Source: Mytilus trossulus
Lineage: Eukaryota
Assembly: GCF_036588685.1 (NCBI RefSeq)
Contig: NC_086375.1
Span: 63,178,001 to 63,242,000 of the forward strand
Reading direction: 5' to 3'
DNA length: 64,000 bases
A program made the translations under genes and the position numbers. The notes below the pieces were generated by a model that saw only the letters and a program-made list of their open reading frames with translations, made no database searches and was not told the DNA's origin. Shown here in pieces: positions 49,679 to 60,585 of the stretch. How positions within the stretch are numbered: the first letter of the stretch is position 1; each line of letters opens with the position of its first letter.

Positions 49679-52600
49679 AGGACGGGCTTAATTATCATAT
49701 GGTCGCTTACAAGTCATAAAAACAAAACAAATACCTATTTTTTATTTTTATATATATATACAGACTGTCTTCAAATACACTACACAAAATGTCATATTGT
49801 TTTTCACTATTTGATCGAATCTTGTGCTAATCTAAGGTTGATATAGTTTACAGAACAATACAATGAATGTTCTTGAAAATCTTCTTTTGTCTTTTATGTT
49901 TGTTCTTTTATTTGTAAGACTTTGATTTTGACAGTCTCTCATCGGGAATAGTTTATTTAAATTAGTTTAGAAAGTTTAAAAAGGTTTCGAAAAATTGTTT
50001 GTGTTGTTTTGAAACTTGTATACAATGGCCTCATTTTAAGTTATGTGTATTTTACACACGCAGCATTTGGGCTTCATTGCTATTGTAATGTTTATTGGTC
50101 GTTAAGGTTATAATCAAGTAGAATCTTGGTGTATCAATGCATGGTTTATGCTTGAGAAAGAGTTAAACAGATTTAGACGTTTGGCGGGAGAGTCAGTGGT
50201 TGGGTCCATCGGTATGGGGGTTGTTTGGGAGGTACTCTTGTGTTCGGTATCGGGAACATTTAGAGAACACCCCTATCAAGTAAATAGTATAGTCGTCCTG
50301 GGGTATATAAGAGAGTGAGAAACGATACACGGGGCTGTCGGTTGACTGTCGATGAGCTGCCATCCTTCAACTGAGCGTACGTCGGATATAATTAGTGCTA
50401 GAAGAGCCTTGATATTCAGAGGACACTTTGTACTGGGTACAAGGTGGATGTACATGTTGACGGGATTGACATAGCAGACTGTCCCACTCGGAGGACAGGC
50501 TGTATCAGCCCGCTCTGTCTGGTAGTGACAGGTTGTCTCACTCGGAGGACAAGTTGTTCCAGGCCGCACTTTCTGGTAGTGACAGGTTGACCCACTCGGA
50601 GGACAAGTTGTACCAGACCGCTCTGTCTTGTACTGACAAACTGTCCCATTCGGAGGACAAGCTGTACCAGCTATACTATCTCTAAGTGACACATCGTCCC
50701 ATCTTGAGGACAGGCTGGTTTATTGTATTATATTTGTATATATATAATTGTCCGTTGTAACTTTATTTCGACAAAGAGTCAGTGTGTATATTTTAGTTCA
50801 TTGTGCATAATATAGATAGTTGTATTTTTTAGTATTACCATTTTGTTTGTGAACAACTTGGATCCAAGTATTTACTGGAACGGACGTTTGCGATATAAAC
50901 GCCTGGTTATATATATATACACGTTACACTATATAATAAAATTTCGTGTTATTAGTTATGTACAGGCACCTACATCAGTTTGACGGCAGTTGTTCCGTGC
51001 ACATATGTTATAAATGTAAACATTGAATAGAAAGTAAGTCAAGAGTATGGACAGTCATGGGAATGCACACAATAAGAGATACATTATTTTTTCTTTAATA
51101 AAATGATATACTATAAAGTCAAAATAAACCAGAATGACTGTATGAATTGAGCCAACATCCAAAAAATATGATAGAAACATCAAAATTTAATATAACAACA
51201 CAAAAAATGCAATAAGTCTAAGCGAGATTCGAATGTTATCTTCAAAACAGTCTTTGAATAGTAGTTCTATGCTCTATTGATGGAGCCACGCCGACGCTTG
51301 TTATACTGTGTTATTTAGGAGCTATATCAGTACAATTAGTGTTGTTACAATTTTTTTTATTAAAAAGTTTTGTTTTTTTATGTGATAAGGACACACCAAA
51401 CCAATTTCATTTTTGAGGGAAAAAGAAGAATAAATTACAACAGTCACAAAAACATTACTTTTTTTGGTTGGAAATGTCCTTCTGGGTGATTCCCTGTTTT
51501 TTTCCACCTAAAATCACCGTAAATTCCGCACATTGGACTTTCATCCTTTTTGATGGTTTAATTGATCTATTTATCACACATATCATAATACAATGTATAT
51601 GTTAATCGAGATATTGGTCGAAAGCATTTTTATTTTTTGTTTCTAAAAGTAAATTCTATTCTGTCGTCAATTTTTGAAATTGGCCCTACCTCTTTACCAA
51701 TTACAAAATCAATTTTAGAATTATAATTTCATTCGTTTAAATGGGCAGTGCATTAGAGTGAAATTAATTTCTCCTGGGTGTTTCATCATATGTAGCATAG
51801 AGGGCGTAATGTTTTCCCGCTTCAAAATTATTTTCGCGGTATTTTATTGCCTATGTTATCATTCAGCACGACATCGTCAATCTGAGCAGTCGAATTTTCT
51901 TGGTAAAATTTTAATTCTGGTTAAAGTTTATTAAGCTTTTTATTTGGAGAGTTTTTTGTGCCGATACTGATGTTTGAGTTATATATTATATGTGTAGATA
52001 TATATGTATGTATTGAGATTATTTATCATTAAATATAGAGCATCGGCGTTGTCGTGCGACTATCCACTTTACAAAGTCTTTGGTATTTATTATAGCCTTT
52101 TATGGCGTTTATATGCAGAGTGTGTACATATATATACTTGGATGTTTGGTACAAGTATTGGTTATACTTGGATATTTGGTACAAGTATTGATTATACTTG
52201 GATATTTTGTACAAGTATTGATTATACTTGTTTATTTGGTGCAAGTATTGGTTTTATTTCTACATTGATGGGTGGTTTATACCAGGAGAACCAATATTAA
52301 ATGCTAAATGTTGTTATCACCTCTTTATTTGCAATTAGTTAAGACACTGTGGCGATTAGCTAAATATTTGCCTTTTGTTAAGACTGTGTTTCATTTTGTT
52401 GGTTTGTGTGTGTTAGTGTGGTGTGTTGATAGGTTTGTATATCTTTCATTGGCAATTACAACCATGTACCATTTTGTCCTTGTTACTTTTTCAATACGGA
52501 TTTTCTTTTTTTATCTTCAAGCAGAATAACAGAATAACAGTTCAACAAATACAAAATAAACTATACAGAATGAAACAAAAATAAGAGAATAGGAAAAAAA

Positions 52601-55600
52601 CGACTAAATGTTTTATTGAAGTTAAAACAGCATAAAGATGATGATGATCAACCAGATTTAGGCAATGCAAATTTTAAGGTCCGCTTGTCCAAACCATGGT
52701 ACATTGAAGTTATTACACGCACACTTCTGAACTTGATTCTGGATAAATGTTTGAGGTTCTTGTTTCAGTAACATTAGACTTGAGGTTATCGATTGTTATA
52801 TCGATGCCACATGGTATGGATTTGACTGTTCTTTGACCCATTAAGCAAAGTCGCAATCGTCTACCTATCTCCCTAGTCAGCTGCTCAGGACAATCTATAT
52901 TAGGAGAGTCTCCGATATTTCGTTCAGCAAAAACTTCTTTCAAAGTCTAAAAAATATACAAACATATTTAAACAGTGGAAATACGAAGCAGAGCTACTGT
53001 ATGATCATATATCTGTGGTGCTTTTATAAGAACAAGTTGAATGGTATAAACAGGATATCATCTTTATAGCGGTACGTGAAGTGGATTATAATACTATTTG
53101 GTTTTTTTTCACTCTTCGTTAGCAGCACTGTTTGAAACGAACAAAGGAACAAGTCTAAGAATTTAGCGGTTTCAATTGAGATTAAATTATCAGAATATAT
53201 ATTTTATTTTTTACCTATTCCTTTTAAACTTTGATTTATGGGGGTAAAACCCAATTTGTGTACGAAAACCAAAACTGTTTAATTGACGATTTTAATCGAA
53301 ACATCAATTACTAGTAGTTTGAAATCTGATCGACAGAACTCGCACATCAACAGTTAAATACCTTGACAAAGGTCTTTCTCTTCTCTGTGATTTTCTGTTC
53401 AAATATTGTACTATCCGGATAACTTAGTGCTTGTTTTACCACGGAAAGATTCTGTTTAAGGGAGACAATTGGCAAACGTTCAGTTCTTCTTACCGCATTT
53501 AAAAGGTCTAAAGACGATCTGTAAAAAATATAAATGCCATTTACATAATAGATGTTTCTTTCCTCGCAGAAATTAACACCAGTCGATGGTTTGTGTTTAA
53601 TTCGCAGCTCAATAAATCCTTAATTACCACTGCTTTTCAGAACTACATTATAACCGGTGTTTAATGTAAGGAATATGAACAGGGAGATCTTTAACTAAGT
53701 CATACCCAATTCAATTATTTGATATATGCTATAACCAACACATTTGTAATGCTATTTTTATACGCCCGTCAAAATTTTGACGGGACGTATTATGGTATAC
53801 ACATGTCCGGTGTCCGTCCGTCTGTCCGTCCGTCTGTCCGGCGTAAACATGTCGCACCGTAACTTGAGAACAACTTATCCAAATTTCATGAAACTTAATA
53901 TAATTGTTTCTTATGATGGTCAAATGATCTGTATACTTTTTGGTGAAAATTAGATTTAAACTTTTTGATTTACGGCACTTAGTAGCTAAAACAGGGGGTG
54001 TTTATTTCACATGTCGCACTGTATCTCAAAAACTATTCTTGATTATGGCTTAAAACTTTAAACACTTCTTAGTTATATAAATCTTAATATCTGTATACTT
54101 TTTGGTGATGATTCAAAATTTCATTTTTGAGTTATTGAGTATTTTGTAAAAAAGGGGGAGGTTTTTTTTACATGTCGCGCCATATCTCAAAATAGATTTA
54201 TGATTATTGCTACAAACTTTACACATGTCTTTGTTATATTAATCACTTCTTAGTTATATAAATCTTAATATCTGTATACTTTTTGATGATGATTCAAAAT
54301 TTTATTTTTGTGTGATCGAGTATTTTGTTAAAAAGGGGGAGGGTTTTTTACATGTTGTGCCGTATCTCTATAACAATTTATGATTATTGCTTAAAACTTT
54401 ACACACTTCTTTGTTATATCGATCTAAAGATCTGTATACTTTGTGCTGATGATTCAAAATTTTATTTTTGAGTTATTGAGTATTTTGTTAAACAAGGGAG
54501 TTTTTTTTACATGTCACGCTGTATCTCAAAAATAATTTATGATTATTGCTTAAAACTTTACACACTTCTTTGTCTCATTAATCTAAAGATCTGTATACTT
54601 TTTGGTTTTGATTCAAAATTTTATTTTAGTGATATTGAGTTTTTTGTAAAAAAAAAAACCAGGGTGGGGGGGTTTCCCGCTGTGTCTCAAAAACTATATA
54701 TGGTTATTGCTTAAAACTTTCTCAGAAACTATTTATGATTATTGCATATAACTTCCACATAAGACATCGGGCGTATCATGCGCTCATGGCGCAGCTGTTT
54801 ATTTTTTAATTTGAAACAACGTTTGTAATATTAACCTTCTTAATGAATGGTGTGCATGGTTTGGATATGTCTGGTTATAATATGTCGATCCCTGTGTGAT
54901 AAAGATTCCCCTTTTGTAAATTTATGGAAAACTATATTGTAACTATCTCATTTTTTCAATGTGCAGCCGAAATTGAATAATTGTGCATGTTTCATCTCTT
55001 CATATCAAACATGCAAAGTTTTTCTCGAGCTTGTGTGATCTGTAACATGGTATTAAAGTGAATGATCAGACCACATACTATATATCATATGTAGCGAAAC
55101 TTAAACATTTACAAAATATTTGTTCACAAATTCTTTTTTCGAATTGTTTCACTTCAATCAATCAGTAAACAATGCCAAGTATATACAAGAGGGTATAAAG
55201 GAGATGCTTACGAATTAGGTTCTACGGCGCTATTAGAATGGTTTTCTTTTTTCCTTCTTTTTTCTCTGCTACACTCCATCAATAGCTGAAGATAGTCTTA
55301 TTATCAGTCATAAATGTATGATATAAGTATGAAATGAAATAACAACATTTGGAATATGTATTTGAGAAACTTTTTAAGTACAAAGTACAATGATATTTTT
55401 CAACCTCCATTGATCTTATTTAGCTGATAACAAGCTTATGCGATGAACTATTGACACGATTGTCACCACTAATGTAAAATTGGCTTCACGAATAGTCGCA
55501 TTGGCAGTCCAATACTTCGTACTCTTACTTGTAGATGCATGTATTGCTAAGTGAGGAATTATTATAAGAATTAGATTTTTTTAAGCTAGCATTAACGTAT

Positions 55601-56536
55601 GTTCAACAATGACTACCTGATTTGCACTCATGTCTGAAGGTACTAGTTCTGTGTCTGGTGATGGCCAGTATTCCTCGGGAAAGTCATAAACGCTAGGGTT
55701 TGGTGCTGGTCGTTTACCTTTATCAAACAGTAATTATAAAACATCCGATTTTAAAATCAAATAGTACATAAATAAAAACAAAAAAATCAAACATTTCGCA
55801 TAAAAAAAGATAAAAAAATATCCTTAAAAATGAAACGCCATTGATAAAAAACCACCGAAATGTTGTATGATTGACAACGATACAACAACCGCACAGAGAC
55901 CACAGGCTGTGGATATAAACAACTATAGAAATTTTTAAACCTCAATATCCAAGTATACAAATGATTAGTATGTATTAATTTTGTTTATATATAGACCGTT
56001 GGTTTTCCAGTTTGAATGGTTTTACACTAATAATTTTGGGGCCCTTTATAGCTTGTTGTTCGGTGTGAGCCAAGGCTCCGTGTTGAAGGCCGTACTTTAA
56101 CCTATAATGGTTTACTTTTTAAATTGTTATTTGGATGGAGAGTTGTCTCATTGGCACTCATACTACATCTTCCTATATCTATTGAGATAATTTCCAAGTT
56201 CTTATGAATAGTGTGTTTGAGAGCAGTTTGGCTTGTGAAACAGCTGTATTTACAAAGTTTTCGTTTGCAACCATTTGACAGTTGAACGGCAAACGATTTA
56301 ATGGCTTCTAAGGTCAAGACATTGGTCACGTGATAAAAGGTCAGAGTTTACGATTTTTGGTAAACGTGCACGCCTCGTGGTTTTTGAACTCGTATTGTCT
56401 TATTTGTACTCGTACATTGATAAAAACCAAAGAGTTCAATTCTAGATTGAATAAGCTTCCTTATTTTATATAATTATCATTAAAAAGTGTTGTAAAAATG
56501 TTATAAATTCACGAGTGAAGTGAAACTTTTTTTCTG
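48324..56536 (-). repeat. Right arm (inverted A) of the 8,213-bp inverted repeat
   Basis: Reverse complement of 34713-42925. Confidence 0.97.
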
Positions 56537-58092
56537 GCCATGGCGTTGTCAGTTTGTTTTAGATTTATGATTTTGACTTTCCCTTTGGTATTTTTCGTCC
56601 CTCTTCTAGATGTTCAAAATGTACCAATGAATACCCTATAAGAAGAAGATAGATATTCGGAGGGCTTTACCTGACTTGAATTCCCTTCTAAGAAAACCTT
56701 CTACAAAGTTCTGTTCTCTTGCTGTTTCAATTATTGCCAAATCTGAACCAAACACTTGGCAATACATCTGTGATAAAACAACAGATTTATATACACACAT
56801 ATATATCCATCTTACATTTCCGATTTGTCCTTATGTTATCACGTAAATGAGATTTTTGTTTTTCAGTTACTGTCGTGTCCGATATTTTCGGCCAAAAATG
56901 AACTTTATGTTGTTCGTTCTTATGTTGCACTGTTATACCACTGTCCCACGTTAGGGGGAGGGGGGGACCCCGCTAACTTGTTTAACCCCGCCACATTATT
57001 TATGTGTGTGCCTGTCACAAGTCAGGAGCCTGTAATTCAGTGGTTGTCGTTCGTTTGTTGATGTGTTACATATTTGTTTTTCGTTTACATTTTTTATATA
57101 AATAAGGCCGTTAGTTTTCTCGTTTGAATTGTTTTACATTGTCCTATCGGGGCCTTTTATTACTGACTATGCGGTATATGTTTTGCTCATTGCTGAAGGC
57201 CGTTGGTGACCTACAGTTGTTTATGTCTGTGTCATTTTGCTCTGTTGTGGACTGTTTTCTTATTGGCATCAGACCACATCTTCTTTTTTATATTTAAAAT
57301 AATTCTAAGGAAAAGGTTAATGGATTTTAGAACTATAAATCATTCATATATATGAAGAATAAGTCTATAGGTACTAAGAAAGGATAACATTTCAAAATTT
57401 GTCTCGCGTTCATGGCTGAAACAAATATAGAGAACATTAAAACGACCTCTTTTACAAGTGGTGACTAACTTGACAGTTATTTCCAAACAATTTAAACAAA
57501 GCGAAAATAAAATATATACAGCAGTTCATATAAATATTTAGTATTGGTTAAATAATAAAATAACAAATATATATTATGTATCTTAAAACTTACAAATGCC
57601 TCGGCCCATGATGCTTTAGTAGAAGCATACAATTTATAGCAGGAATCGTCATGCCTCATATAACCATTAGGACAATCGCAAACAGCTACAACATAACATA
57701 TACGGCTTATATATTAGATATTTTGTCATACATTTTGTAATTAAATTAGATTTATTCATTTGTGTTTTCTCGACAAATTTATTTCATCATATTATGAGTT
57801 ATGTATGTACTGTATTTGTCCATTGAAGAACGCAGCTTTGGGGTAATTCAATCAATTATAAATCATAGCCGGCATAAAAATGCTTTAACTATACGTATTT
57901 ACCAAAATATATTTGGTATATGTCATTCAAAGAGTTAGACGTTAACGATATGACGAAATGTTAACGTTAAGTTTATGACCAAAAAAAACTTTAAAAAAAC
58001 TCCCAAGCATCCAATATTTTAAAACAAGATAAAACAATCTTACCATTCACAACAAACAGTCCAAATATTGCAATCGTGGCAATCAATTTCAT
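52713..58092 (-). CDS. Predicted chimera B: lectin-1 exons 1-3 plus the last four exons of gene X, 267 aa
   Basis: Exons 58044-58092, 57594-57685 and 56671-56767 (phase-1 donor), then 55617-55717 (phase-1 acceptor), 55212-55285, 53362-53518 and 52713-52946: 804 nt, open frame. Depends on the gene X model. Expression not shown. Confidence 0.45.
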
Positions 58093-60585
58093 GTTCAATT
58101 TAATAATGTGGAAATACAGTAGTCTATACAGTAGATAACCCATGACCTTGGACACAGAAACACCAATCTTAAAAGTAAACTGTTCCTGTACTTTGACCAG
58201 GAATCGTAACAGACAAAAATAACTGCGTTCTCAAATACATTTCACGGCAACTACTACTCGACGTTTAGTAGATATTTCGAGAGATCTTCCCATATTTAGC
58301 ATTACTATCACGGAACGACAAAAATTGTGATAGTCTGGAACCTACAAAATGTTGTGGAAATATTTTTCAGTTTTTCTCACTTTAGCTATTCTCGGATCAC
58401 CACTAGGTAAGTTAAATTTCTGTACACAAAATATTCGAAATTACTTATCTGAACTATCGTTTTATGTATGAAACTGAATTTCAATTTATTGACATGTAGT
58501 AATCGAATTAAAACTTTGATTTCGTTATAAGACATACGAGCTCATATGTACATGACTGTACTTATAACGAAATCAGAGACTCATGTCGATTTATAGACAA
58601 ATTCACGGTTCAAGGTCTAACTTTTTTTATTGAAAAAGAAACGTCTTTTAGAATTAGAGTAGATGGTCGTTAACTTGGCCACAATCAATAATAGGGTATC
58701 TAGTTTAAAAAAAATGTGTCCGATAACCCCCGCCCTTGAGTTCGTAATTTTAAGGACATTTTGCAGTTTTTTAAGTTATTATCTTGAATACTACTATAGA
58801 AAGAGAGTAAACAGCAATAATGTTCAGCATGATTTCATTACGGGTATCTACGGATTATTTTCTACAAATACTTCAACAGGACTAAAATTGTCAATTGACC
58901 AAGTAAGGAGTTATTGCCCTTTATAGTCAATGTTTTAACAATTTTTCGTAAATTTTTGGAATCATTTACAAAAATCGTCTACTCTGAACTCTACATAGAC
59001 AGATTCAGACAGTCTTAGCCACAATCATGATTAATTTAGGGTATATTGTTAAAAAAAAAGAATATGTCGGATGCGGACCACGCCTGCCAACCAACATGGC
59101 CGCTACAGCTACCTAGAGGCTCTAAAGAGCCTGTGTCGCTCACCTTGTTCTATGTGAATATTAAACAAAGGAAGCAGATGGATTCATGACAAAATTGTGT
59201 TTTGGTGATGGTGATGTGTTTGTACATTTTACTTTACTGAACATTCTTGCTGCTTACAATTATCTCTATCTATGATGAACTTGGCCCAGTAGCTTCTGTG
59301 GAAAACGTTACCGGTAGTAAAAATTTACAAATTTTATGAAAATTGTTTAAAATTGACTATAAAGGACAATAACTCCTTAGGGGGTCAATTGACCATTTTG
59401 GTCATGTTGACTTATTTGTAAATCTTACTTTGCTAAACATTATTGCTGTTTACAGTTTATCTCTATCTATAATAATATTCAAGATAATAACCAAAAACAG
59501 CAAAATTTCCTTAAAATTACCAATGCAGGGGCAGGAACCCAACAACAGGTTCTTTGATTTATTTGAAAATTTCAGGGCAGATAGATCTTGACCTGGTTAA
59601 CAATTTCACTACCTGTCAGATTTGCTCTAAATGCTTTGGTTTTTGAGTTATAAGCCAAAAGCTGCATTTCACCCCTATGTTCTTTTTTTAGCCATGGCAG
59701 CCATCTTGGTTGATTTGGCGGGTCACGCCACACATTTTTTAAACTAAATACCCCAATGATAATTGTGGCCAAGTTTGGATTAATTTGGCCCAGCAGTTTC
59801 AGAGCAGAAGATTTTTGTAAAAGATATATAAAATTTACAAAAAATGGTTAAAAATTGACTTTAAAGGGCAATAACTCCTAAAGGGATCAACTGAAAATTT
59901 TGGTCATGTTGACTTATTTGTAAATCTTACTTTGCTGAACATTATTGCTGTTTACAGTTTATCTCTATCTATAATAACATTCAAGATAATAACCAAAAAC
60001 AGCAAAATTTCCCTAAAATTACCAATTCAGGGACAGTAACCCAACAAAGGTTTGTCCGATTCATCTGAAAATTCCAGGGCAGATAGATCTTGACCTGATA
60101 ATCAATTTTACCCCGTCAGATTTGCTCTAAATGCTTTGGTTTTTGAGTTATAAGCCAAAAACTGCATTTTACCCCTATGTTCTATTTTTAGCCATGGCGG
60201 CCATCTTGGTTGGTTTGGCGGGTCATATCACACATTTTTTTTAATTTAGATACCCCAATGATGATTGTGGCCAAGTTTGGTTAAATTTGGCCCAGTAGTT
60301 TCAGAGGAGAAGATTTTCGTAAAAGCTAACGACGGACGACGACGGACGACGGACGCCAAGTGATGAGAAAAGCTCACTTGGCCCTTTTGGCCAGATGAGC
60401 TAAACATAGAACAGAGGGGTAAAATGCAAGCTGCGACTATCATCTTGAAACTGCTATGAGTAAAAAAAAATCTAACAGGTGCAATAATGTTCAGAATGTT
60501 GAGATATACATACTGTCCGTCTCTAAGTCAAAACAGTCAGATGACTTCTTACAGGAGTTAATGACCTTACTGATCGTCAGATGAC
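56537..60585 (+). repeat. Second copy (C) of the 4,049-bp direct repeat
   Basis: Matches 44200-48248 and continues into unique sequence containing the rest of lectin 2. Confidence 0.97.
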
